Of a DNA stretch of 38,291 nt, positions 18,186-27,133 are shown piece after piece. Origin of the DNA: a virus (taxonomy: Duplodnaviria; Caudoviricetes); IMG/VR virus record IMGVR_UViG_3300016484_000559, positions 1 to 38,291 of that record, one strand, 5' to 3'. The notes beneath the pieces were generated by a model. That model was given only the letters and a program-made list of their open reading frames with translations, had not been told where the DNA came from and did not search any database. A program made the position numbers and the translations under genes. Position 1 is the stretch's first letter. Each line of letters opens with the position of its first letter.

Positions 18186-18665
18186 TTACGCTATTGCCTT
18201 GGCCTTGCGTTCGGCCTCGGCCTGCTTGGTGGCGGCAAATACTTTCGGGTCTACGCCCATGCTGCTGCACATCGCCAGCTCGGTTTCATTCAGGCCGTGG
18301 TTGGCATCGGCAGCACCGGCGTTGTCAGCCTGGCGGGTATCCGCTACCAGCGGCTTGGTGGCTTCAAGGTATTCAGTCAGCACGGCAAAGCTTTGCTTTT
18401 CTGCCCAGGCTTTTTGTGCCGGTGCCAGGCGGCCGTCACTCAAAGCAGTCGCTAACAAATCGGAGTGGGCTTTTTTTTCAGCAGCCAGCGCGGCCTGCGC
18501 CTTTTCTTCATCTGCCGCCTTGAGTTTTGCCAGAGCGTCATCACGCTCTTTGCTTAAGGCCACTACGTCGGCCTTGAGCGTATCGCGCTCGCTGGTTAGT
18601 GCCGTTACCTGTGTTTTCAAGGTGTCGCGCTCGGTAGTGAGTGCGGCTACATCTGTTCCGGACAT
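18186..18665 (-). CDS. Scaffolding protein Z (in-frame internal start in gpI)
   Basis: AGGAG RBS before in-frame ATG 18665; coiled-coil repeats; parallels Mu I/Z. Confidence 0.65.
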   Translation of the reverse strand: MSGTDVAALTTERDTLKTQVTALTSERDTLKADVVALSKERDDALAKLKAADEEKAQAALAAEKKAHSDLLATALSDGRLAPAQKAWAEKQSFAVLTEYLEATKPLVADTRQADNAGAADANHGLNETELAMCSSMGVDPKVFAATKQAEAERKAKAIA

Positions 18666-19223
18666 GGGGGTGTCTCCTGTGTTGGGTTGGTTAAGGGTTA
18701 AATCGGATAAATGGTTAAATCTGGATAAGGCCGCCAGCGATTGCAGGCCATCCAGCGCGGGGGTGTTGGTGAGCGCAATGCTCCATACATCCACCACAGC
18801 GCCGGTCACTTTGTCGAACTCGAACACTGCGCTGATGTAGCGGTACTCTTTGGCCTTGATGTGGCGTTTGGCGGTTTCAGTCCAGCCGATATTGATGGCC
18901 CACAAGCCTGCTTGCGGACCATCTGGCCGGAACTCCATTTCGTGAAACCAGCCAGCGGCAATCACCGGCTTGCCGTTTTCCCTGGCAAACAGGCTCTGGT
19001 GCTCGTAGTCGATCAGCGTGTCGTTCTTGCGGGCGCGCATCATGGCAATGACGTTGCTGGCAATGCCTGCATCCAGCCTGAATGCCTTCACCGGCAGTGC
19101 ACGGCCATCGGTCGGCGCAAATTCACCGGCTGGCAGCAGGTGCGCTTCATTGCTCACGCCGTTGGCATCAATGGCAAATGACATGGCGGCAATGCTGTTC
19201 AAGGGTTTAGTTTGATCTGACAC
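18186..19223 (-). CDS. Prohead protease, Mu gpI-like
   Basis: IDYEHQ, AAGW, EYRYISAVF, ALTN.PAL; GTG start with GGAG RBS. Confidence 0.94.
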   Translation of the reverse strand: MSDQTKPLNSIAAMSFAIDANGVSNEAHLLPAGEFAPTDGRALPVKAFRLDAGIASNVIAMMRARKNDTLIDYEHQSLFARENGKPVIAAGWFHEMEFRPDGPQAGLWAINIGWTETAKRHIKAKEYRYISAVFEFDKVTGAVVDVWSIALTNTPALDGLQSLAALSRFNHLSDLTLNQPNTGDTPMSGTDVAALTTERDTLKTQVTALTSERDTLKADVVALSKERDDALAKLKAADEEKAQAALAAEKKAHSDLLATALSDGRLAPAQKAWAEKQSFAVLTEYLEATKPLVADTRQADNAGAADANHGLNETELAMCSSMGVDPKVFAATKQAEAERKAKAIA

Positions 19224-19249
19224 GTTGCGACTCCTGATTGAATGGAGCC

Positions 19250-19293
19250 ATTTTGCGCGTGCGGGTCAGTTAAAGCAGTGCGAGAAACACTTC
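19250..19293 (-). promoter_or_regulatory. Putative late promoter PI
   Basis: GAAGTGTTTC-28 nt (ending CGCACGCG)-CAAAAT upstream of protease. Confidence 0.75.
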
Positions 19294-19423
19294 ACGGGGT
19301 AGGGTTTTGGGCTGGATTGCAAACAACGCGTTTTGGCGCGTTTTTATGATTCAGGCAGGCAAAGGGTTATGTGTGGATGTATCAAACGCTATGCGCTTGA
19401 TTTAAACGCTATTGCGGCGCTAT

Positions 19424-19852
19424 TTAGAACAGGTCGAACTGCCTATCGTCGGTTTCGCGGCAGATATTGAGAATGTGGCGGCTGGAAAGCTGGTGCGCTT
19501 TAGCCAGTCCGTTAATGCTCATGTGCGATTTATCCTTGCGTATTTGCGTATTGCGCACCATGTTGAACAGCTTGTCAGGCTTTGGCAGCCAGATGCGACC
19601 TGCAGCGTCGATATGATCCGCCAGCGTGTTGCGCAGCCTGGCAAGCTCTTCATCGCTCAAGCCCAGCGCCTGGCTCTTGTATTTGGGGATATGCTGGTTG
19701 ATGCCGCCATGCGTTGCGAGAAAATCACGCGCACGGCCAAACCCCAGCGCCTTGACCACGGCGCGCAGCACTGGTGGCAGGGTGCACAGCACCTCTTCAT
19801 CTACCACTGGCCAATCTTGCACCGGCCATTGCTGGGGTTGATTGTGAGTCAT
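19424..19852 (-). CDS. Mor/C-family transcription activator
   Basis: LP......G...A..F....GG...IP; RN.QI plus HTH LA....LS.RHI.NI; QFDLF tail. Confidence 0.88.
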   Translation of the reverse strand: MTHNQPQQWPVQDWPVVDEEVLCTLPPVLRAVVKALGFGRARDFLATHGGINQHIPKYKSQALGLSDEELARLRNTLADHIDAAGRIWLPKPDKLFNMVRNTQIRKDKSHMSINGLAKAHQLSSRHILNICRETDDRQFDLF

Positions 19853-19869
19853 CTTTAGCCGACCCCGGT

Positions 19870-20322
19870 CTATCGCGCAAACCAGCTTTTGAGCGCTTCG
19901 GTAATGCCCTGGCACTCGCCCACGCTTAAGTCATCCAGACTGCGGATATCGCGCCCGGCCTGACGGCTGCAGAACGACAGCAGCCCGGTGCGGGTTGCGT
20001 GATTGACCTTGCCAGCCTGACCGAGCTTGCCCCACAGTTTGAACATGTTGGCAATGCGCGGCGGCACGTCCTTGCGCTCCTGCGTCGCTTTTGCCATATA
20101 GCCTTTCTGGCGCGGCCAGCCACGGCGCTCGTAGTCTTCCAGCGCGGCGGCCAGCTGCGGCATGTTCATGCTGCTGGCTGAAACGCGGCCTTCCATCTGC
20201 ATGGCACCATGCCGGTGCAGCAGCTCACGGTGCAGATCATCGCACCAGCCGGGGATTTCGCGCTCGGCCCAGTTTTTGGCAATGCCCAGCAGCTGGCGGT
20301 AGTGTTTGATTAAGTCGCTCAT
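19870..20322 (-). CDS. GemA / Mu gp16 (DUF1018)-like regulator
   Basis: R.LL.....S...M, I..LW..L...G.V, L..FC, I.EALKSW. Confidence 0.8.
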   Translation of the reverse strand: MSDLIKHYRQLLGIAKNWAEREIPGWCDDLHRELLHRHGAMQMEGRVSASSMNMPQLAAALEDYERRGWPRQKGYMAKATQERKDVPPRIANMFKLWGKLGQAGKVNHATRTGLLSFCSRQAGRDIRSLDDLSVGECQGITEALKSWFAR

Positions 20323-20411
20323 TTCATGCTTCCCAGTAATACAAAAATTGCCACCCAAGGGTGTCCGTTAAAGATAGCCCATAAAAATACTAAAAATAGA
20401 AAAATTCCCAT
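20319..20411 (-). CDS. 30-aa hydrophobic membrane peptide (not in ORF track)
   Basis: MGIFLFLVFLWAIFNGHPWVAIFVLLGSMK; stop overlaps gemA start (ATGA). Confidence 0.5.
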   Translation of the reverse strand: MGIFLFLVFLWAIFNGHPWVAIFVLLGSMK

Positions 20412-20486
20412 GTTAATACCGTATTGTTATTTAAAACCGTCTCCCATATCACTCTGCCAGCCTCGGCAAAGTGATATCAGCGAAGG

Positions 20487-20540
20487 TTTAGCAGCACTTG
20501 CCAGCTTGCTGGCTTAGTGCTGGTTATCAGTTTTCTCTGA
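20487..20540 (-). repeat. Structured intergenic repeat, copy A
   Basis: Matches 22915-22967 with compensatory stem changes. Confidence 0.8.
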
Positions 20541-20819
20541 TTAACCCTTGTTCGCTGCGTCTTTCAGTGCCTTAACTGCGCTAAAGTTCGGTACCTTTTT
20601 CGCGGCGATCTGGATAGGCTCGCCGGTTGACGGGTTGCGGCCAGTACGTGCCTTGCGCTGTGCAACGCTGATTTTGCCAATGCCGTGCAGCGTTACCTCA
20701 CCGCCTACGGCCACCACTTCATGCACTGCGGTAGTTTGTGCATCCAGCACTTTTTTAATGTCCGCTTTTGTTAAGCCGGTATCGGTTGCAATCTGGTCAA
20801 TCAAATCTGCCTGGTTCAT
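20541..20819 (-). CDS. HU-family DNA-binding protein
   Basis: MN..DLI..IA, RKARTGRNP.TGE.I.I.AKK.P.F...K.LKDA. Confidence 0.95.
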   Translation of the reverse strand: MNQADLIDQIATDTGLTKADIKKVLDAQTTAVHEVVAVGGEVTLHGIGKISVAQRKARTGRNPSTGEPIQIAAKKVPNFSAVKALKDAANKG

Positions 20820-20945
20820 GTTGTTATTTCCTTTTCAAAAGTTATTAAAGTTGATTGCGCCTAGCCGGTAATATTTTGGGAGGACCGTTCTATCGCAATC
20901 TGCTATGGTTATTAGCCCCACTCATAGCTTGGGCTGTCAAATCAA

Positions 20946-21257
20946 CTACTCCTGCGTCAGCAAGTCTTCAATCATCACCACCTTGAGGCCTAGGTCAAAA
21001 GCCAGGCGCACTTCAATCATTGCGCCTTTTGATGCAAGCCAACCATCCAGCGTGGCAACGATGTCGCATTCCGCCATTTGTTTAATTGCAGACCGCATCC
21101 AGCCTTGCCATGTGCCACATAATGGCGGTGTGTTCTCTGCCGGGTTGAGCACCTCATAACCAAGCCCCCTGAGCTTTGCTGCAGCAGCGTTGAAGGCCGG
21201 GTAATTAAAATCAGCGATGCCTGTCATGGGGCCAGATATATAAACGCGCTTAGCCAT
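20946..21257 (-). CDS. DUF4406 / nucleoside deoxyribosyltransferase-like protein
   Basis: VYISGPMTG..DFNYPAF, NPAE, CD....L.GW..S.GA..E. Confidence 0.85.
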   Translation of the reverse strand: MAKRVYISGPMTGIADFNYPAFNAAAAKLRGLGYEVLNPAENTPPLCGTWQGWMRSAIKQMAECDIVATLDGWLASKGAMIEVRLAFDLGLKVVMIEDLLTQE

Positions 21258-21865
21258 CACGCCCCCGCCAAGTCCAGCGACAGCGGCACGTACTTGTCAC
21301 CTTCGCCCTGGCGCTCATAAATGCGGATGTAGGCTTTTGTGCCGATCACCTGCAGGCTTTCGCTGATGGCGTTCATGGCGGCTTGCCACTCAGTGTCTAC
21401 AATATTCAGGCGGCGCAGGCCAAGCACGCGGCCGGTGCTGATCTTGCCTTCCTTGTCTACCCTGAAAGCATCGTTCACCAGTACGTGGATGTTGTCGTTA
21501 ATGCCTTCTGACCACTTGTTAATGCAGGCATCAATCAGGGCCTTGGCAGCCTGCAGGCGCTCATCGAACACGATGTTCTCGCTCATGGCGCGCTGAATCT
21601 TGTACTTGCCATCAAAGCTGTAGAGCGTGACGTTGCCTTTTTCACCGCCCAGCTTGGCACCGTATTGCTCGGCGCTGAGCTGCACAAAGGCGGCGATATC
21701 GGCCAGCGTGTCGCTTTTAAAGTCGGTCATGATGCCATTCAGGTCGCGCGCCTTTTCCACGATCTCCTGCACCAGGGCATCACGCTCCAGGTCTATCGGT
21801 TTAATCTTGGCAATCGGCACCAGGGTGCCGTCTGCCGCTTGTCTGTATCCGTCTGGGATGTTCAT
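21257..21865 (-). CDS. DUF3164-family Mu-like prophage protein
   Basis: G.LVP...IKPID..RD, GG.KGNVTL.SFDG, FDERLQAAK.LID.C. Confidence 0.88.
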   Translation of the reverse strand: MNIPDGYRQAADGTLVPIAKIKPIDLERDALVQEIVEKARDLNGIMTDFKSDTLADIAAFVQLSAEQYGAKLGGEKGNVTLYSFDGKYKIQRAMSENIVFDERLQAAKALIDACINKWSEGINDNIHVLVNDAFRVDKEGKISTGRVLGLRRLNIVDTEWQAAMNAISESLQVIGTKAYIRIYERQGEGDKYVPLSLDLAGA

Positions 21866-22443
21866 GTTGTGCTGCTTTCCTTTCTTCCTGTTAAGTTTCT
21901 GATGGTTTGTTTCACTGCGTCCGGCATCACTGCTTTCTGCGGTTTGCTCTTTGCTTTCTCACCCTCACTTTCAGCCGCATTAAAGCTTGCCGGAGAGGGC
22001 GCAGCCGGTTCGGTGTAAAATCCACCAAGCCTGCGGCTGTTCTCGTTGTTCTGTTCGGCTTTGGCGGCCGTTTTTTCGGCCATGCCTGCAATAATCTCCA
22101 GCAGGTAGCCGTGGCTTTTGAGCGGCAGCGTGAGCTTGTCGCGGCTTGCCAGCATGGTTTCCATCGCGTTGCGCCAGTAATCGACTGGGGCGGCATAGAT
22201 GCTGCCGTTGCGCTCGATCTGCGCCTTGCTGATCATGGGCAGCAGCTCATTAAGCAACTTGGCGAGGCGATCCATGCTCAAGGCACGCTGCGCCGGGCGA
22301 AACAGACCCACATACTGGATCAGCGTTTTGCCCAGTGGTGCCGGTAGCTGTAACGCCACCAGCACTGCATCACGCGCGCCTTCGTGGCCGATGATGGCAT
22401 CAAGGCTGAATGTGGCACCGCAGGCTGGGCAATTCAGCTGCAT
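21862..22443 (-). CDS. Conserved Mu-like prophage protein with N-terminal CxxC
   Basis: CPACGA..SLD, Y.GLFRP, L.LPLK.HGYLLEI. Confidence 0.8.
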   Translation of the reverse strand: MQLNCPACGATFSLDAIIGHEGARDAVLVALQLPAPLGKTLIQYVGLFRPAQRALSMDRLAKLLNELLPMISKAQIERNGSIYAAPVDYWRNAMETMLASRDKLTLPLKSHGYLLEIIAGMAEKTAAKAEQNNENSRRLGGFYTEPAAPSPASFNAAESEGEKAKSKPQKAVMPDAVKQTIRNLTGRKESSTT

Positions 22444-22691
22444 GTTTGCGGCCTCATGCGTCTGTGCCAGCCCTTCAGTTTCGGCATCAATCCCTGCTTT
22501 CTCAGCCTGTATGCACGCTGCATGACTGTGTGAATCGTGCGCTCAAGTGCAAAGCTGATTTGCTCTGGGCCAAGGCTGGCATAGTTTTCAATCAGGAACT
22601 TCTCATCCGATGTCGTCCAGGGCGTGTTCTGTCTGGCATGGAAATCGGGGTGATATTTGAGCCGTCCCCATTTGTCATAAGTAGCTTCCAT
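22434..22691 (-). CDS. Small Myb/SANT-like HTH DNA-binding protein
   Basis: WT..DE.FL..NY...G.E.I...L.RT...V..RA..L. Confidence 0.7.
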   Translation of the reverse strand: MEATYDKWGRLKYHPDFHARQNTPWTTSDEKFLIENYASLGPEQISFALERTIHTVMQRAYRLRKQGLMPKLKGWHRRMRPQTCS

Positions 22692-22694
22692 GGC

Positions 22695-22895
22695 TCACAC
22701 ACCTGCCACTGCCCAAGCGGTGCTCAGGCGATAGTTGGTTGTGGCCCATAGCCATGCTGCGCGCAGCGTGCGGCGCAGCAGGCCGCGCTTGGCCTTGGCT
22801 GCCGGTTTAGGCGCAAAAGGGGTGATGCAGCGATAGTCGTCTGCCTCGTGCTGCAGGTCTGCCCAGCTTTTGTCGTACTGGCTAAATTTGCTCAT
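22695..22895 (-). CDS. Hypothetical basic protein
   Basis: 66 aa, GGGAG RBS, in operon orientation. Confidence 0.6.
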   Translation of the reverse strand: MSKFSQYDKSWADLQHEADDYRCITPFAPKPAAKAKRGLLRRTLRAAWLWATTNYRLSTAWAVAGV

Positions 22896-22914
22896 GATTC
22901 AAACTCCCTTCAAA

Positions 22915-22967
22915 TTTAGTAACACTTGCTGGTTTACCAGCTTAGTGTTGGTTATCAGTTTTTCTGA
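22915..22967 (-). repeat. Structured intergenic repeat, copy B
   Basis: Matches 20487-20540. Confidence 0.8.
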
Positions 22968-22990
22968 CAGGTTTAATGGTTGCTTAATAG

Positions 22991-23971
22991 TTATTTAACC
23001 GGGTGCAGGCACAGTGCCTGGCTGGCGACAGCATCCACCAGCTTTACATCCAGCTCGCGCCCCTTGCGGAACTGGTGGATATTGGCTACCAAGCCTTCTA
23101 CCAGCATACGAGCCGAGCCTGCGCTGTACTGCACCATGCGCTCGATCACTTCGTCGCTGACGTCTTCACCGGGGAATGCCGCCTGCACCAGCGCGGCTGA
23201 GTCTTCTTTGGTAATTCTGCGCACGGTCTCCGGCCAGAAGCCGGTGCGGCTGCGGATTTGGTCAAACTGGCCGTGCTCCGGCCTAATCAATCCGGTCAGG
23301 TATTCAGTACCGGCCAGCACTACGCCCACGTTGGCGGTATCACGGATGCGGCGCAGAATCTCCAGCTGCTTGGGCGTAAGCGTTTCTGCTTCATCGAGGA
23401 TGATCAGGCTGTCGGTGTTTTTAAGCTCGTTCACCACGGCCTCGAACTGGTCATAAATCTTGCCGCCCACATCGTGGCCGATGATGGTTTGCGCCAGTTT
23501 CTTGATGATGGTGGTGGGCGTCAGCGTCGGGTTGGCCTCGATCATGAAGGTATTGGCGTTGTGACGTGTGTAGTAACGCAGTGCAAAGGTTTTGCCGGTG
23601 CCCACGTAGGCACTCATCACACTAAAGTTGCGACTGCGGCGCGCGGTGGTGCAGGCGGTTTGCACCAGCTTGAATACGCTGGTTTCCACGGCGGGGATCA
23701 CATCGCTTTCTTGCTCATCTGCATGGCGGATTGCGCTCAATACCTGCTCAATCAGCTTGCTGGGGCTGGCACCGTAGCTCATGCTCAGCACCTGGCTGAA
23801 TGTGCTCACGCCGATACGTGCCATGCGCGCAAGGGCTGCCTGGCTGATACGCTCTACGCCGTCTTTACTCAGTTTGCGCGCCTCCAGCCAGCCGTTGATG
23901 AACTCAACGTTTTTCAGGTCTTGCGTTGAATAATACTCAGTAGGTTCTTTTCTGTAAGGTTGTTGTGCCAT
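22991..23971 (-). CDS. MuB-like AAA+ transposition ATPase
   Basis: N-terminal HTH, Walker A GTGKT, Walker B LIILDEAE, QI.SR; GGAGG RBS. Confidence 0.93.
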   Translation of the reverse strand: MAQQPYRKEPTEYYSTQDLKNVEFINGWLEARKLSKDGVERISQAALARMARIGVSTFSQVLSMSYGASPSKLIEQVLSAIRHADEQESDVIPAVETSVFKLVQTACTTARRSRNFSVMSAYVGTGKTFALRYYTRHNANTFMIEANPTLTPTTIIKKLAQTIIGHDVGGKIYDQFEAVVNELKNTDSLIILDEAETLTPKQLEILRRIRDTANVGVVLAGTEYLTGLIRPEHGQFDQIRSRTGFWPETVRRITKEDSAALVQAAFPGEDVSDEVIERMVQYSAGSARMLVEGLVANIHQFRKGRELDVKLVDAVASQALCLHPVK

Positions 23972-23998
23972 ATTTCCTCCAATAACTTGTTTCAATAA

Positions 23999-25663
23999 TT
24001 AATCAATATCTGTTAAATCAAGCAGCAGCGGCGCATCGTCATCGTCGTGCGTGGTTTCGCCTTCAATCGCCAGCGCGTCGGCAATGGCGTCTGCGTCTAT
24101 CACATGACCGGCGCGGGCTTTCTGCTCGGCAATCTTGCGCTCCAGGCGCTTGATGGCGTCTTCGGCACGTGCGGTGCGTTTGTCTTCAAGGCGGCTGGTG
24201 TCAATCGCATCAATACGCTTGATCAGGTGCGCGTCGCATATCCAGCGGCCATCGAGGGTACGCACAATGCCGATTTCGTTTTGCATCAGGTCGTACTCCA
24301 GCAGCACTTTCTGGCCATTGAATGCCAGCAGATCCGGGTGACCGTAGGCACGCTTGCCCTGCGTGACGCAGGCGCGGCGCACGGTGAGCGTAACCGCCTG
24401 ACGCTTGAGTTCATGCACGGTGGCATGTGGTGGAATCGGCACCAGCTGCGCCCACAGATCAGCCCGGGTGACGGTTTTGTCTTCGGGGTGCTCGCGGTTG
24501 TGGTAGCGCTCCAGCCATGCGTTAAAGGCATCGGTGAATTCTTCCAGCGTGGGCAATTGCAGGCGACCTGCCTTAACTTCGCGCACGGTGCGGTTAAGCA
24601 CCTCGGCGGCCATATCAGGCCCGCAGTAAAACTGCGGCATCCACAGTTTTAAGAAGTCATCGCGCATGATGCGGAAGAATCGCTCGATCCAGCCCTTGCC
24701 GTGCGGGTTGCCGGGGATGGAATGGATGATCTGCTGTATGCCGGTACGGGCATAAAAGCCGACCGCGTCATCGCTCATGAGCTTATTCTTGTAGCCGGAG
24801 CCGTTATCGATATACAGAAACGGCGGCACGTGGTTATAGCGGGCAAAGGCTTCAGCCCACATGTTCTGCACGGCAATCGTGCCCTCGTGTTCATCGGCAC
24901 GCCAGCCCACAATGACGCGGCTGCGTAAATCCATGCCCACTGTGAGCTCAGCCCGCCAGATATCGCCGGTGATCGGGTGTGCCAGGTAAACGTCTGCGCG
25001 GTAGCCGTCGGCCACGTACACATCGCCAGCCAGCGCATGCTCGGTGCTGCGGCGCACAAAGGCTTTTTCGGTAAGGCGGTACAGGTTTTTACCGATACGC
25101 GCCGGGCTGTTGCGCCCCAGCATGGCCGGTACGCTGGTGAGGTAATGGCGCACCTGGTCATACGACACGGCAAAGCCATCTACTTCTACAAGACGGCGAT
25201 ACACCGCGCTGATATCCGGCTTACTGCCCGGGGCGTTGTAATACTCCAGGGCAGGCCCCCACCATGCGGATGATTCCACCACGCGGCCTTTGTGATCCGG
25301 CAGCAGGCCGGTGAGGCCATCCACCTTGTAACTGGCGCACCAGGCGCAGATGGTGCTGCGGGTTGGGGATACGCGGTCTTTTTTAGCCGTTGCGGTCATG
25401 GCTGCCGCCACGTAGGCAGGCAGGCGGTTTGCAGCGTGACGTTCCAGCAGCAGCGCCACAGCGTTATTCTGCGTAACACCATCGCGCACCATGGACAGGA
25501 TGGCATTCACCACGATTTCGCGCTGGGTTGCTACCTCGCGCGCCTTGGCGGTTGCCTCGCGCCATGGGTCGCGTGCACGCAGTGCCAACACGTTGGATGT
25601 TGGCATCACGACCTTGCCACCGGTTGGGGGCACCACTTGCATGACCATTGCTCTGGCTCCCAT
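23999..25663 (-). CDS. MuA-like DDE transposase
   Basis: VADG, YIDNGSG, KG.IERFF, Y..R.H motifs; directly upstream of MuB. Confidence 0.95.
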   Translation of the reverse strand: MGARAMVMQVVPPTGGKVVMPTSNVLALRARDPWREATAKAREVATQREIVVNAILSMVRDGVTQNNAVALLLERHAANRLPAYVAAAMTATAKKDRVSPTRSTICAWCASYKVDGLTGLLPDHKGRVVESSAWWGPALEYYNAPGSKPDISAVYRRLVEVDGFAVSYDQVRHYLTSVPAMLGRNSPARIGKNLYRLTEKAFVRRSTEHALAGDVYVADGYRADVYLAHPITGDIWRAELTVGMDLRSRVIVGWRADEHEGTIAVQNMWAEAFARYNHVPPFLYIDNGSGYKNKLMSDDAVGFYARTGIQQIIHSIPGNPHGKGWIERFFRIMRDDFLKLWMPQFYCGPDMAAEVLNRTVREVKAGRLQLPTLEEFTDAFNAWLERYHNREHPEDKTVTRADLWAQLVPIPPHATVHELKRQAVTLTVRRACVTQGKRAYGHPDLLAFNGQKVLLEYDLMQNEIGIVRTLDGRWICDAHLIKRIDAIDTSRLEDKRTARAEDAIKRLERKIAEQKARAGHVIDADAIADALAIEGETTHDDDDAPLLLDLTDID

Positions 25664-25665
25664 GA

Positions 25666-26883
25666 TTATTCAGCCTTGTTTTTTGAACCGGCAGGGCGAC
25701 CGCGGCCTTTGGGCCTGTCGTTCTCGCGCTTGACGTCACGCGCCAGCTTCTCGGCTTCGTGTCTGCTTTCCAGCATTTGCGCGTCCAGCATCCAGCGCTC
25801 AGCCTCTTCAGGCGTAAGAATGTGCTGGCCCTGGATGCGGTCTACGTGTATGTCGGCATTTGCCAATAAGTCCTGCGCCATTTCCAGCAGATCAAACGCG
25901 CGGCTGGCAGACACCTTGATGGCGACATAGACTTGCTCGATTCTTAAGCGCTGCTCCGGGGTTGGCTCAGCGTAAAAACAATCTGAAAACAGCTTGTGCA
26001 GGCTGTTCAGGTTAAGCTCACAACCCGCCTGCAGGTGCATGCACTCATCGCGCACGTCTTCGGTGTAGTCTTCAAACTTGGTCAGGCGCTGCTTGCCTTT
26101 CAGGCGAGACAGCTCAGATTCGCTGCGCTCGATTTCCGCATTCATGTTGTTGATGCGCTTGCCTGCAGCCTTCAAGTCCTGCTCAAGCGCTGTGGCTTTG
26201 TCAGCTAGTTCTGTTTTTTCCTTGACGTGCTTTTCAATCAGCATTTCTGCCAGATCAAGCAATTGCTCTTTATCGCCAGCCTTGGCGGCTTCAATCAATG
26301 CGGTTTTCTCATCGGACGGTAGTTTGCGGTATTGCGCGAGGTCACGATAACCGACGCCCATGCGCGTCATGGATTCGAGCGCCTCTTCACCGAAGGCTTT
26401 CAGGTTGGCAATGTCGGTGTTGGCTTTTTCGTCAGAGATACCAAGCAGGCCGCAGAACTCCTCCCATGTGCCGGATAACACCAAACCGTTTGGGGCCACA
26501 GTTCCCTTGAGAGCCTTATAAGCCTTGGTTTCTTTTACAAACGCAAGCTTTGTAACTCCAATCGTTTGGGATAATTTGCTGATGGCTTGCGTTGCCTGCA
26601 CCTGACCCAATATCTGGTTAACCAGATCACGGCTGTTGATATCAGATTCTTGCGCACCGATTACAACTTGCTCAGGCACTGGCTGCGAATTCATTTGCGC
26701 GGTGATTTCTGCCAATGCAGTTTTTACACCTGGTGTAATAGTCGCCGGGTCTGCATTTTCAAAGCCACCTTGAGCCAGACGCTGCGCATACAAGGTATCT
26801 GCAAGCGAAGGTGTGTCTGATTTGCGACTGCGGCGCGGCGCTGGCTCACCGGCGGTTAAATCAAGCAGGATATCGTCACTCAT
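25666..26883 (-). CDS. B3/BcepMu-type early coiled-coil protein (DUF3102-like)
   Basis: WEEFC..LG.S, FGEEALE.M..MG.GYR, coiled coil, C-terminal RGRP AT-hook. Confidence 0.75.
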   Translation of the reverse strand: MSDDILLDLTAGEPAPRRSRKSDTPSLADTLYAQRLAQGGFENADPATITPGVKTALAEITAQMNSQPVPEQVVIGAQESDINSRDLVNQILGQVQATQAISKLSQTIGVTKLAFVKETKAYKALKGTVAPNGLVLSGTWEEFCGLLGISDEKANTDIANLKAFGEEALESMTRMGVGYRDLAQYRKLPSDEKTALIEAAKAGDKEQLLDLAEMLIEKHVKEKTELADKATALEQDLKAAGKRINNMNAEIERSESELSRLKGKQRLTKFEDYTEDVRDECMHLQAGCELNLNSLHKLFSDCFYAEPTPEQRLRIEQVYVAIKVSASRAFDLLEMAQDLLANADIHVDRIQGQHILTPEEAERWMLDAQMLESRHEAEKLARDVKRENDRPKGRGRPAGSKNKAE

Positions 26884-26885
26884 GA

Positions 26886-27065
26886 TTACGCTCCTTTCTT
26901 GATGCCAAGCGCTACAGCAGCTTTATGTGCCGCACCGGAGCGGCCCTTGTTGGTGCCGTTCAGCACGCGCTGCACTACGCCATATTCAAAGCCGTTTTCT
27001 TTGGCCCATTCTGTGATTGTCTTGCCCTGGCGGCTTAACTTTTCTTTTACTTGTTGCGGTGTCAT
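26886..27065 (-). CDS. Ner/Cro-like DNA-binding protein, BcepMu gp16-like (59 aa, not in ORF track)
   Basis: MTPQQVKEKLSRQGKTITEWAKENGF...VLNG..KG..G.AHK.AV.LGIK; GAGG RBS. Confidence 0.9.
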   Translation of the reverse strand: MTPQQVKEKLSRQGKTITEWAKENGFEYGVVQRVLNGTNKGRSGAAHKAAVALGIKKGA

Positions 27066-27081
27066 AATGCCCTCATGCAGT

Positions 27082-27133
27082 TGTATAAAACTAAATACAG
27101 CTTCATTATGGTATGCATTTGAATACCTGTCAA
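27082..27133 (-). promoter_or_regulatory. Early promoter with two putative repressor operators
   Basis: TTGACA (27133-27128)-17-CATAAT (27110-27105); GTAT-N8-ATAC at 27083-27098 and 27111-27126. Confidence 0.8.

Noticed and set aside
20326-20517. 63-aa + strand ORF, and similarly 26899-27168 +
   Set aside because: Opposite the early operon, overlapping better-supported minus-strand ORFs and RNA structures.
27081-27100. LexA SOS box
   Set aside because: TTGT-N12-ACAG does not fit CTGT-N8-ACAG; fits the phage dyad better.
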